Shown: positions 56,201 through 64,000 of the stretch, piece after piece
Numbering within the stretch: position 1 is the first letter of the stretch
Layout: each line of letters starts with the position of its first letter
Source of the DNA: an uncultured Clostridia bacterium
Lineage (GTDB): Bacteria; Bacillota; Clostridia; Oscillospirales; QAKW01
Direction of reading: 5' to 3'
Length of the DNA stretch: 64,000 nucleotides
NCBI GenBank assembly: GCA_944387895.1
Contig: CALXGQ010000006.1
Coordinates: 18,123-82,122 of the forward strand
Notes under the pieces: generated by a model
The model's database searches: none
Seen by the model: only the letters and a program-made list of their open reading frames with translations
What the model was told of the DNA's origin: nothing
Translations under genes and position numbers: made by a program

Positions 56201-59200
56201 CCGGCGTAAGCCACGGCGGCGCTGTCTTCCGCAGATGCTGGAACGCCGCAACCGTCAAAACCACCCTTGGCACCGGCGGAAACAGCAACTTCTGCGTGGC
56301 CGGTATCGTCGGCCGCGGCTACGACGGCTCCATGATCGATAGCTGCTTCAATCTGGGCGATATCGTTACGGTAAACGGCTATAGAACCTCCGATCTGAAC
56401 AACTGGGGTCAGTGCGGCGCAAACTGCACCGGATGCTATGTCTATAACTCCTTCGGCGCCGGCATGCTGACCGGTTCTCAACAGGATGTGGTTAAGTATA
56501 ATAGCTCCGGTATAGGCCAGGCCAGCGCGGAAGGACGCTTCCCGCTCTACAACACCTATTCCACCGGAACGCTGATCATCAACAAGGACGCGGCGGATGT
56601 GCTTCCGGAAGGCAGCTGGGATCCCAACGATACGAATATCCTGACGCCGGAAGCTCTGGAAAGCGGCGAGCTGCTCTATCTGATCAATACGAATTATCAG
56701 GCGGGCAAGGGCGAGCACCCCTACTTCACCTTTGACGCCGAAGGCAATGTCGATTACGGCAATATCAGAACGCAGATCCGCAAGCTGACCTATCAGATCG
56801 ATGGTGAGGACGTTGCGGTACGCTACGTACCCGGCGATACCGACTACACCCTCGATTATGCACTGGGCGCGACCTATGCTGTAACCACCGGCGATGGCGG
56901 CACCGAAATCACCGGCAATACGCTGCATACCTCCGCCTCCGGCGATATGGTCATCGCCGTTACGCTGGGCGATAAGGATTACCGCGCGCTGCAAGCGGCC
57001 ATCGACCTCTATGAAGGCATCAACTTTACCTACATTGCGAACGGGACCGAAGTGCAGGCCCTCTATGAAAGCGCAAAAACCAAGCTGGAAAACGGCACGT
57101 ATGCATCTCAGGAGGAGATCGATGCCGACGCCAAAGCGCTGACCGAAGGTTACGTTTTCGTAAGCCCTGAGAACTTCCCCTCTGTAACCGAGGCGGCTGA
57201 TTATCCGTATCTGCCCGGCTACACCGTTTCCACCGTAGACGAATGGAATCATCTTGCTTCAAACCCGACTTCCATTTCTGCTGATAAGACCGTTTATCTC
57301 GCGGCGGATATCGATTTCAACAACGGCACGATCAGTCAGTTGGGGATCCTTGCTCCGCTGAACGGTCTCGGTCATACCGTTTCCAATGGTAGTATCAGCC
57401 ACAGCATCTTCGGCAACTATACCGGCAATGCGATCACCAATATCAATTTTGATAATTGTCACGCCACCGCCTGTAGCTGGAACACCGCTCTGCTGATCGG
57501 GCAGTATGCCGGAACCGAGCTGCTGCTTGAAAACATCACCATGACCAACTGCTCCGCCACGAAAAAGGATGCCAACGGTCTGAGCCTGATGGTTGCTCAG
57601 GTAGCCGGCGGAAAAACCGCTGTTTACCGCAACATCACCGTTGAAAACTGCACGCTGAACACCAACGGGAACGGCAACAACGGTTTCCTGGGCGCCACCC
57701 ATGGCGGAAACATCACCGTTGAAAACGCGATTCTGAATAACAACACCATTACCGGCAACGACGCCGGCTGGGGCTTCGGCATCGCTTTCGGCGAGCTGAC
57801 CGGTGCTTCCACGCTGGAGAATATCGGCGTATTCAACACCCAAAACAACGCTACCCACGCGGTGCAGGGTGCGATTGCAGGCGTGTTTAAAATTGGCACC
57901 CTCTCTCTGGATAACGTGCTGGTCGCCGGCAATACGAACTGCTCCTCTGTTGTGAACAATGAAGGCGTCGAAGTGACTTATGGCGGAAACGGCGCTGCCG
58001 ATACCGCGGCGTTCTTCACCTCGACCGAAGGCGGCACGATCGTCACGACGAATGAGGTTCTGAACGGCGCTTCCGCCTATGCCCTCAACGCCGCTGGCGT
58101 CGAGGTCAAGTGGGAGATCAAGGCCGGCGATACCGCTCCCTCCTTTGATACCGATGAAACCGGGCTTCCGGTTCAGGTTTCCTTTGTAACCGGCGACGGT
58201 ACCACCTATCTCTATACCGATACCGATGGCAAACTGGTCGGGCTGACCGAAGAGTTCTTCAATTCGGCCACCTCCTGGACGGGTTACGAGAACTATGAGG
58301 CTCTGGCAAACGCGGTATTTACGGAGAATACCACGGTTGAAGGTACGTCCTGCGATCATGATTGGGAATATACCTCCCGGAATGACGGTACTCATACGAT
58401 ATCCTGCTCCAAGTGCGAGGCTTCGGAAACGGCTGCTTGTACCTATACCTACACACCTGGTGCATCGCACGAAAACCATACAAAGACCTGCCAGTATTGT
58501 CGGTATACGGCAACCGAGGCTTGCTCCAATAGGGCTGATCATGTTCAGGATGCGACCTGCACCACGAACAAGAAAACCGGCTTTGGCTGTGCGGTCTGCG
58601 GAAATATCGACTGGACGGAGGTCGCAGATTCGGCTTTGGGCCATGCTTGGGTCTATACCCATACCGAAGGAACCGAGAATGAAAATTCCACCCATTCCAA
58701 AGTCTGCTCTCGCTGCGAGGAAACAGTAGCTTCGGAAGCCTGCTCCTTTAGCAGCGAGTATACGGAGCACACCTGCACCGAGAACGCCTATACCACCTAT
58801 ACCTGCATCTGCGGTTATTCCTATGTGGTGGAAGACACCTCTGATGAGGGTCTGGCGCACCATACCTTCGATCCCGAAAGCTACGTGACCGAAGAGTATC
58901 CCACCTATATCCTGGACGGCATGACCGAAGAGGAAAAGGAAGCCTGCAAGGGCGTTAAGAAATGCAAGTGCACCTACTGCGATTCCTATGATACGCAGGA
59001 GATCCCGGCGCTGACCGGAGCCGGCGTTGTCTATACCGCCAACGCCACGACCGCTGAGGGAACCCAGACCATCGAGGTCGCTCTGGAGCTGGTCAATAAT
59101 CCCGGCATCGCTGGCCTGATCTTTGATGTCGCCTACGATACCGAAAAGCTCACGCTGACCGGCGTGGCCAAAGGCGCTGTAGTGGGAGATGACGATTACT

Positions 59201-59664
59201 TTGTCGGCGTCAAGGATGATGACTATGCGGCTGTAGACGGCTCCTTTAGTGTGAACCTGCTCAATGCGGGCGGCAACCTGACCGAGGCGGATACGAAAGA
59301 TAAGTCCGTCGTGGTTCTCACCTTTACCGCGGCAGAGGGCGTTGTAGTAGATCCCTCCATCCTGAGCGTAACGACTACTGCTTCTAACTATGATGGCGCA
59401 GTCGTAACAGTCGGCGCGCTGGCACCGAAGCTGGCCTCCTACATCTGGGCCGATGTCAATAGTGACAAGGAGGTCAATATCGATGATGCTCTGCTGATTC
59501 TCAAGTATCTGGTTGAGCTGGTCGATGCAGAAGAGATCGATATGAAGGCTGCCGATGCTGATAGAAACGGCGCGGTCGATATTGATGACGCTCTGATGGT
59601 TCTGAAGTATCTGGTTGAACTGGTCGAATGGGATCCCGTAGGGGGCACCAATCCTCCCGCCTGA
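53278..59664 (+). CDS. Giant secreted protein (2,128 aa): four GLUG-type beta-helix modules, Listeria/Bacteroides-type repeats, a Cys-rich region, a cohesin-like module and a dockerin-like module
   Basis: GAAGGAGG RBS. Signal peptide MVTKRTRLVSGIAAVLMLISMMTAVVLPAGAANA. Module coordinates are given in the findings. The C-terminus has two D.N.D.(E/A)V.IDDAL..LKYLVELV segments. Confidence 0.85.
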   Translation: MVTKRTRLVSGIAAVLMLISMMTAVVLPAGAANAWDQYETVASTGLYDASALPNITDYASGTATYQVNSVEGIKKIRDLVYGGTTLADVTIYQTADIDMGWEPFTGIGDVSAKKPFSGTYDGNGFTIDGLYVLKNNDQNGGAGLFGYVSAGTIKNVGIASGLIIGNQWTGSVIGSATSNTKVLNCWNAATIVGGNSGTGGIAGRMADDNSAVVNCYNLGTIIVPTSKSAGIVGWINNAATYVANCYNAGEIVSGFYEVAKHNELHEYSAILNADFTSERGVDNDNNYFVTGRGKTGSVADLFAAAVAAETDPTVPAGYDGEGALLQTTDAATGVEASALTDATDAGLAAKLNAGARMSEGAVDGYTVAFAVSDIGYPVLTYSKDGHVAVKRVAHTTINVNGERETWENKSTLYATLLDNVNGGFGRAVTHPMDNLQIGTANDLFVLALASNGVAYTTIYGNGYIFITNDIDMLDMDLLPVQYFTPISASNGSWSGTLDGQNHVIKNWKLYVAINGGNATSGLINVINGNVATIRDLGLVDFDYTYEAYTTGNVYSYPAGIVDRVYKNFTADNCFATGTFTFNETDFGSAINSNNLGGIMGRSWGAEINITNCWSNCTVVGDPAADGARVAGSNSGGTVTGTSNNYYFADTVFSDGNNPIAGSDYQTLVTSSEVSRSNVYALAAHLNEHLTQKWTVDAEGNVTFAEGNATHTVVFQKMIGGYVVGSERQYANAGSEVTVTIPAGYEMVDDGNLPEGAEDGTFTMPDSNVTISCEMATPDWTIIEELIAEYEELNLDSLVSGEEMASQLEDMKLDLADKDTFEDELALDIIGEYVAQDAGFDKSLKEGYYPQYSMKDSFDDSHTEFAITTKEDWLAAVNDVGAVAFEGITLHFTNDIDMENTNMGLLGGSNGFKGTINGHGYVMKNVYMQRSTTNADRGAGLVGALYGTITDLGIASGLFDITYEASGDDKATGAFAGVSHGGAVFRRCWNAATVKTTLGTGGNSNFCVAGIVGRGYDGSMIDSCFNLGDIVTVNGYRTSDLNNWGQCGANCTGCYVYNSFGAGMLTGSQQDVVKYNSSGIGQASAEGRFPLYNTYSTGTLIINKDAADVLPEGSWDPNDTNILTPEALESGELLYLINTNYQAGKGEHPYFTFDAEGNVDYGNIRTQIRKLTYQIDGEDVAVRYVPGDTDYTLDYALGATYAVTTGDGGTEITGNTLHTSASGDMVIAVTLGDKDYRALQAAIDLYEGINFTYIANGTEVQALYESAKTKLENGTYASQEEIDADAKALTEGYVFVSPENFPSVTEAADYPYLPGYTVSTVDEWNHLASNPTSISADKTVYLAADIDFNNGTISQLGILAPLNGLGHTVSNGSISHSIFGNYTGNAITNINFDNCHATACSWNTALLIGQYAGTELLLENITMTNCSATKKDANGLSLMVAQVAGGKTAVYRNITVENCTLNTNGNGNNGFLGATHGGNITVENAILNNNTITGNDAGWGFGIAFGELTGASTLENIGVFNTQNNATHAVQGAIAGVFKIGTLSLDNVLVAGNTNCSSVVNNEGVEVTYGGNGAADTAAFFTSTEGGTIVTTNEVLNGASAYALNAAGVEVKWEIKAGDTAPSFDTDETGLPVQVSFVTGDGTTYLYTDTDGKLVGLTEEFFNSATSWTGYENYEALANAVFTENTTVEGTSCDHDWEYTSRNDGTHTISCSKCEASETAACTYTYTPGASHENHTKTCQYCRYTATEACSNRADHVQDATCTTNKKTGFGCAVCGNIDWTEVADSALGHAWVYTHTEGTENENSTHSKVCSRCEETVASEACSFSSEYTEHTCTENAYTTYTCICGYSYVVEDTSDEGLAHHTFDPESYVTEEYPTYILDGMTEEEKEACKGVKKCKCTYCDSYDTQEIPALTGAGVVYTANATTAEGTQTIEVALELVNNPGIAGLIFDVAYDTEKLTLTGVAKGAVVGDDDYFVGVKDDDYAAVDGSFSVNLLNAGGNLTEADTKDKSVVVLTFTAAEGVVVDPSILSVTTTASNYDGAVVTVGALAPKLASYIWADVNSDKEVNIDDALLILKYLVELVDAEEIDMKAADADRNGAVDIDDALMVLKYLVELVEWDPVGGTNPPA

Positions 59665-59689
59665 TCTCTGTAGAAAAACCATAAACCCC

Positions 59690-59722
59690 GAAGCCCGCTC
59701 GTAAGAGCGGGCTTCTTCTTTC
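59690..59722 (+). terminator. Rho-independent terminator after the giant gene
   Basis: Stem GAAGCCCGCTC / GAGCGGGCTTC, loop GTAA, then TTCTTTC. Confidence 0.75.
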
Positions 59723-59748
59723 CCGCCCCGCAGGCAGAAATATTTGTT

Positions 59749-59844
59749 GCGGGGCGGGATTTTTCATAGCGGGGGTAAAGCATTTCCCGCAGAGCTGCTT
59801 TTTGCCGCCCGCCCCGGAGAATCCCTTGCCTTTCCCACGGGCAG
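59749..59844 (+). repeat. 96-nt direct repeat, copy 1
   Basis: Matches 59993-60088. The last 72 nt (59773-59844) are identical to 60017-60088. Confidence 0.9.
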
Positions 59845-59992
59845 AGCCCCACCTTTTTCCAATTTTTTGCATTGCCTTCTCCACCGCAGGGCAGGGATTT
59901 TTCAGAAAAGAGCGGAGATCGCCACCCCCCGCTAAACTTTTTTCACCCCGCCCCTTTTCCCGCGCTTCCTCTCATAGCGCGGGCGTTTTACG

Positions 59993-60088
59993 GCGGGGTG
60001 GGGATTTTCATGGCGTGGGTAAAGCATTTCCCGCAGAGCTGCTTTTTGCCGCCCGCCCCGGAGAATCCCTTGCCTTTCCCACGGGCAG
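59993..60088 (+). repeat. 96-nt direct repeat, copy 2
   Basis: See copy 1. A GGGATTTT(T)CA(T/G) submotif recurs at about 59756, 59893, 60000 and 60087. Confidence 0.9.
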
Positions 60089-60410
60089 GGATTTTCATGG
60101 TAGGGGGATTTGCGCTCCGCAGATTTTTCTTTTGCAGAACTTCCCCCGGGGCAGGGCTGTCCGCCTTTTCTCATCAAACTTTTCGCTATGCTTTCCCGCC
60201 GCCTACCACCACGCTTTTTGCCATGTTCCCACGCAAAGGGATAATTTTTCCGGAGTGGAGCAGGATCCGCCGCCCTCGCTGTTCTTTTTGCCGCGCCCCG
60301 CAGGCAGAGCTTGCTCCCTCTGCCAAGCTTATCGCTGCGTTTTCGGGGGCAGGGGTTTTCCCCCTTCTTTCCCCCGGCGGGCATTTTATCAGCCCGGGAA
60401 AATCTTTTTA

Positions 60411-60439
60411 TTGCAAAGGCGGAGAAAATTTGTTAAAAT
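60411..60439 (+). promoter_or_regulatory. Putative sigma-A promoter for putP (TTGCAA-17-TAAAAT)
   Basis: -35 at 60411-60416 and -10 at 60434-60439. Confidence 0.5.
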
Positions 60440-60473
60440 AATATATATTGCATGAAAAAACAGGAGGAAGAAT

Positions 60474-62036
60474 ATGAACAGCGATACCTTGCAAATCCTG
60501 ATCGCCATGGTGGTCTATATGGCTGCCGTGATCGTGATCGGGATCGTTTATGCCCGGCGCGCCAACAGGAGCTCCGATCAGTATTTTCTCGGCGGGCGCA
60601 CCCTGGGGCCGTGGATCACGGCGATGAGCGCCGAGGCTTCGGACATGAGCGGCTGGCTGCTGATGGGCCTGCCTGGCGTGGCCTATTGGAGCGGTCTGGC
60701 GGATGCCGGATGGACCGCCATCGGTCTGGCGGTCGGCACTTATCTGAACTGGCTTATTGTTTCCAAACGCCTGCGGCGTTATAGCGTGCGGGCCGGTAAC
60801 GCGATCACCGTTCCGGAGTTTTTCTCCAACCGGTTCCGGGAAAAGAAAAAGACCATCCTTTTTATTGCCGCCGCCTTTATTCTGGTCTTTTTCACCGTTT
60901 ATGCCGCAAGCTGCTTTGTTACCTGCGGCAAGCTTTTCTCCACGTTGTTTGGCATGGACTACGTGGCGATGATGATCGTGGGCGCGGTATTTGTGCTGCT
61001 GTATACGATTCTGGGCGGATTTCTGGCCGAAAGCGCGTCTGATTTCATGCAGGCGATCGTTATGGTGACGGCGCTTGTGGTGATCGTCGTCATCGGCGTA
61101 TTTCAGGCCGGCGGGATCGGCACGGTGCTGGAAAATGCCCGGGAGATCCCCGGTTTTCTGGAGTTTTTCGGCATGGCGACCCCGGTTCTGGACGAATCGG
61201 GTCAGCAGATCGTTGAAGCCGGTAAGCCGTTGTTCGGTGAAGCGGCGGAGTATGGCGCGCTGAACGTCTTTTCCATGCTGGCATGGGGTCTGGGCTATTT
61301 TGGGATGCCGCAGGTTCTTCTGCGGTTTATGGCCATCCGCCGGGAGGAGGAATTGAAGTATTCCCGCCGTATCGCCATGGTCTGGGTGGTGATTTCTCTG
61401 GCCGTTGCCGTCTTTATCGGGATCGTCGGCCGCCAGCTTTACCCCACGGCGCATCTGGACAAATCGGCTGCCGAGAACATTTTCATCACGATGGCGACCA
61501 GCTCTCTGCCGGCGATCCTGGCCGGGTTTGTGATGGCCGGGATCCTTGCCGCGACCATCAGCTCTTCCGATTCCTATCTGCTGATCGCGGCGTCGGCTTT
61601 CGCTAAAAACATTTATCAGGGGATTTGCAGAAAAAAAGCGACGGATAAACAGGTTCTGGTGGCAACACGGATCACGCTGCTCCTGCTGGCGGGGATCGCC
61701 ATTCTGATCGCGCTGGACGAAAAAAGCATCATCTTCCAGATCGTATCCTTCGCCTGGGCGGGCTTCGGCGCTACCTTCGGGCCGCTGATGATCTTCTCCC
61801 TCTTCTGGAAGCGCACCAATAAGGCAGGCGCCATCGCCGGCATGGTCGGCGGGGCGGGGATGGTGTTCCTCTGGAAGCTGGTGATCAGCAAGCTGGGCGG
61901 CGTTTTTGCCATCTATGAGCTTTTGCCCGCCTTTCTTTTCTCAGCCCTTTGCATCGTCGTGGTTTCCCTGCTGACCAAAGCGCCGGCAAAGGAGATCCAG
62001 GAGGATTTTGAAGCCGTGCAGGCCGGCGTGCAGTAA
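60474..62036 (+). CDS. putP: Sodium:proline symporter (SSS family)
   Basis: 520 aa with an AGGAGG RBS. YFLGGRTLGPWITAMSAEASDMSGWLLMGLPG is the PutP-type N-terminal signature. Confidence 0.8.
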   Translation: MNSDTLQILIAMVVYMAAVIVIGIVYARRANRSSDQYFLGGRTLGPWITAMSAEASDMSGWLLMGLPGVAYWSGLADAGWTAIGLAVGTYLNWLIVSKRLRRYSVRAGNAITVPEFFSNRFREKKKTILFIAAAFILVFFTVYAASCFVTCGKLFSTLFGMDYVAMMIVGAVFVLLYTILGGFLAESASDFMQAIVMVTALVVIVVIGVFQAGGIGTVLENAREIPGFLEFFGMATPVLDESGQQIVEAGKPLFGEAAEYGALNVFSMLAWGLGYFGMPQVLLRFMAIRREEELKYSRRIAMVWVVISLAVAVFIGIVGRQLYPTAHLDKSAAENIFITMATSSLPAILAGFVMAGILAATISSSDSYLLIAASAFAKNIYQGICRKKATDKQVLVATRITLLLLAGIAILIALDEKSIIFQIVSFAWAGFGATFGPLMIFSLFWKRTNKAGAIAGMVGGAGMVFLWKLVISKLGGVFAIYELLPAFLFSALCIVVVSLLTKAPAKEIQEDFEAVQAGVQ

Positions 62037-62065
62037 GCGCCCGCCCCCGGTTGAAAGAAAAAAAC

Positions 62066-62110
62066 AGCGCCTCCCGGTTCGGAGATGAGCTCCGAACCGG
62101 GAGGCGTTTA
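62066..62110. terminator. Bidirectional terminator between putP and rlmH
   Basis: Stem CGCCTCCCGGTTCGGAG / CTCCGAACCGGGAGGCG with an A-run upstream and TTTAT downstream. Confidence 0.75.
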
Positions 62111-62171
62111 TCGATTGACGGCGCAGGCGGACGCTGCGGGGCGTGCCCCGCTTCCCTTCGTCTGCGCTGCG

Positions 62172-62651
62172 TTATTTATGATATCGCTCGTTGGCGATGA
62201 TTTTATGGGCCCGGTAGAACTGCTCCGCCAGCAGGATGCGCATGATCTGATGGGGGAAGGTCATGGGGGAGAGGGAAAGGCGCAGGGCGCAGGCGGATTT
62301 GACCCGGGGCGACAGGCCGTAGGAGGAGCCGATCACCAGGGCGATCTCGCTTTTTCCCTCCTGCGGCAGCCGGGCGATCAGCGCCGCCAGCTCTTCGCTG
62401 GAGCAGGTTTTGCCTTCCACGCAGAGGGCGATGGCATAGCTTTGGGCGGGGAGCCGCTTTAAAATGGCCGTGCCTTCCTTTTCCAGCGCCGCTTCGATCA
62501 TTTTCTGCGACGGCGCTTCCGGCAGCGGCGCTTCCGGTAGCTCAACGACCTGCCAGCCGCCGAACCGGCTCATGCGCTTGATATATTCCCGCTCCGCGTC
62601 GCGCCAGTAGGGCTCCTTGAGGGTTCCGGTACAAAAAACCGTACATTTCAT
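62172..62651 (-). CDS. rlmH: 23S rRNA (pseudouridine1915-N3)-methyltransferase
   Basis: 159 aa SPOUT fold. ...YIKRM......E..........ALCVEGK..SSEELA...........I.LVIGSSYGLS......A...LSLS.MTFPHQIMR..L.EQ.YRA. Confidence 0.88.
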   Translation of the reverse strand: MKCTVFCTGTLKEPYWRDAEREYIKRMSRFGGWQVVELPEAPLPEAPSQKMIEAALEKEGTAILKRLPAQSYAIALCVEGKTCSSEELAALIARLPQEGKSEIALVIGSSYGLSPRVKSACALRLSLSPMTFPHQIMRILLAEQFYRAHKIIANERYHK

Positions 62652-62653
62652 GG

Positions 62654-63409
62654 CTATACCTCCAGAACCGGGCAGAAGGCGCCGCCCACCTCCAGCCGGA
62701 TATCGGTGATGCCATACTGCTCAAAGGTGTTGAGAACCGCCATTTTGGCGGTAAGGGGCGTATTGTTGTGGTCGCTCAGGTGGGCGAGAACGGCGGTTTT
62801 CAAATCGCCCTCCAGCGCCTTGAGCGCCAGCAGGGCGGCGCAGTCCTGATTGGAAAGATGGCCGCAATCCGAGCGGATCCTGCGTTTGAGAAGCGGCGGA
62901 TAGGGGCCGCAGTCCAGCATTTCGGGGTCGTAATTGCTTTCCAGCATGATCAGGGAACAGCCGGAGAGCAGCTGGAGCATGGAGGGGGTCGCCTTTCCGG
63001 TGTCGGTTACGATGGCGAGGGCTTTTCCCTCCGCTTCGATTCGGTATCCGCAGGGACCGGCGGCGTCGTGGCTGGTTTCGATGGGGACGACATGAAACGC
63101 CCCTGCCGAAAAGGGAGCGCCCTGATGGTCGACGCCCGGGATTGCCAAAGCCTGCAGCGTGCCGCCGGTTGCATAGACGGCGGCGGGACTTTTTCGGGTC
63201 AGCTGCGGGATCGCCAGAATATGGTCCTTATGTTCATGGGTCAGCAGGATCCCGTCGAGAGCGTCGAGATCCATCCCCATCTGCTTCAGGGCACGGCGGA
63301 TCTGCGCCAGAGGTACGCCGCAGTCGATCAGCAGGCCGCGGCCGTTTTGCATCAGCAGCGTGGCGTTGCCCTTGCTGGAGGAGGAAAAGGGATAAAGATG
63401 TAGCATCAT
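62654..63409 (-). CDS. MBL-fold metallo-hydrolase (YycJ/WalJ-like)
   Basis: SSSKGNATLL...LIDCG and HEHKDH motifs. 251 aa. Immediately upstream of rlmH. Confidence 0.8.
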   Translation of the reverse strand: MMLHLYPFSSSSKGNATLLMQNGRGLLIDCGVPLAQIRRALKQMGMDLDALDGILLTHEHKDHILAIPQLTRKSPAAVYATGGTLQALAIPGVDHQGAPFSAGAFHVVPIETSHDAAGPCGYRIEAEGKALAIVTDTGKATPSMLQLLSGCSLIMLESNYDPEMLDCGPYPPLLKRRIRSDCGHLSNQDCAALLALKALEGDLKTAVLAHLSDHNNTPLTAKMAVLNTFEQYGITDIRLEVGGAFCPVLEV

Positions 63410-63499
63410 GTTGCTCCTGTCGGTAAAACTGTTAACATTATAGCGGATCCGGCAGAAAAATGCAACAAAAACCGCCGGAAAGAAATTCCGGCGGAAGGA

Positions 63500-63856
63500 T
63501 CAGAGCAGCCCCTTGAGGGAAAAATGGGGATCGAAAAGAATATAGGCCAGCGCCAGCAGAAGGGGAAGATCCGGCTTTTCGCCGCTGCGGATCACCACGA
63601 AGGCAACCATCAGAATCAAAAGCTCTTCCCAGCCCAGTCCACCGGACGCAAGGGGCGGAGCAGAAGGGGGCGCGGGACAGGCTGCCGGGGGAGGCGCAGG
63701 TGGCGGTCCGGGCTTTTGCTCCGGTAAAGGTGCAGGCGGCGGTCCGGGCTTTTGTTCCGGCGGCGGGTGCCGCGGCGTTCCGGTTGGTGCTGTGCCCCGC
63801 CGTTCTGCATGACGGGGCGGATAAAGCTGGCCGTCGGATTGCAGCAAAATATCCAT
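63500..63856 (-). CDS. Hypothetical proline-rich membrane protein
   Basis: 118 aa. The N-terminal half is P-rich with a duplicated PEQKPGPPPAP. The C-terminal part is hydrophobic (WEELLILMVAFVVI...LPLLLALAYILF). There is a GGGAG-like RBS. No family was recognised. Confidence 0.4.
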   Translation of the reverse strand: MDILLQSDGQLYPPRHAERRGTAPTGTPRHPPPEQKPGPPPAPLPEQKPGPPPAPPPAACPAPPSAPPLASGGLGWEELLILMVAFVVIRSGEKPDLPLLLALAYILFDPHFSLKGLL

Positions 63857-63870
63857 TCATCTCACTCCCA

Positions 63871-64000
63871 TCAAAAGAAATCGCCGCGAAACAGCTCCGC
63901 AAACCGCAGAACCTTCAGGATGCGGATGGCTTCATCGATGCGTTCCTGCCGCTCCCGGCGCAGATAAGGCCGCAGCGCGGAAAGCAGCGCGCAGCGGTCG
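63871..64000 (-). CDS. Hypothetical protein, 3' end only; the gene starts beyond the window
   Basis: An open frame runs to the window edge and reads ...LSALRPYLRRERQERIDEAIRILKVLRFAELFRGDFF*. No family was recognised. Confidence 0.3.
   Translation of the reverse strand, partial: DRCALLSALRPYLRRERQERIDEAIRILKVLRFAELFRGDFF

Noticed and set aside
53116-59682. Two very long minus-strand ORFs (1378 aa and 807 aa) opposite the giant gene
   Set aside because: They are antisense to a gene with a clear RBS, signal peptide and recognisable domains. Their translations are low-complexity (G/A/I/D/R-rich) and have no RBS. They are typical stop-codon-poor antisense frames in GC3-rich coding DNA.
59749-60088. 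Possible CRISPR array
   Set aside because: There are only two copies of a 96-nt unit with a 148-nt gap, plus irregular short motifs. There are no regular 25-40-nt repeat and spacer units, and no cas genes in the window.
59802-60455. Overlapping ORFs of 150-217 aa in the giant-gene to putP intergenic region
   Set aside because: Three mutually overlapping frames have no RBS. Their sequence is dominated by translated DNA repeats.

Overview
This window looks like a high-GC Firmicutes (Clostridia-type) chromosomal segment. The evidence is the rpsD-rpoA-rplQ order, AddAB, RNase J, RqcH, a YlmC/YmxH sporulation protein, GGAGG ribosome-binding sites and many rho-independent terminators. Most of it is housekeeping or metabolic. 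Recognisable genes are rpoA/rplQ, rnj, addBA, rhaAD, prs, one tRNA-Arg(ACG), the rqcH-nif3-trmK block, thyX-tmk, malQ, ung, galM, putP and rlmH. I found no CRISPR array, rRNA, prophage, transposase or recognisable defence system.

The parts worth a second look are:
1. A 2,128-aa secreted protein (53278-59664) with four GLUG-type beta-helix modules, a Cys-rich zone and C-terminal cohesin-like plus dockerin-like modules.
2. An expansion of EEP-fold hydrolases. Three cytoplasmic genes sit in tandem at 1966-5734, two of them di-domain, and two lipoprotein paralogs sit at 46495-48738. One paralog carries a perfect 5 x 24-bp coding repeat.
3. A roughly 255-277 bp MITE-like element present twice in inverted orientation (6012-6288 and 51058-51311).
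4. A run of damaged or rearranged membrane-protein genes at 40.2-43.3 kb. These are a histidine kinase cut off after its H-box, a TVP38 gene frameshifted in a G4 run, and an intact 178-aa ORF that fuses a PgsA-type N-terminus to a CdsA-type C-terminus.
5. Two orphan promoter-to-terminator units without ORFs, which are candidate small RNAs.
6. Long C-rich repeat-bearing intergenic regions at 21.5-21.95 kb and 59.7-60.4 kb.

Many long ORFs in the supplied track are antisense artefacts of high GC3 content and were rejected. All calls come from reading the sequence and the translations, and no database search was run.
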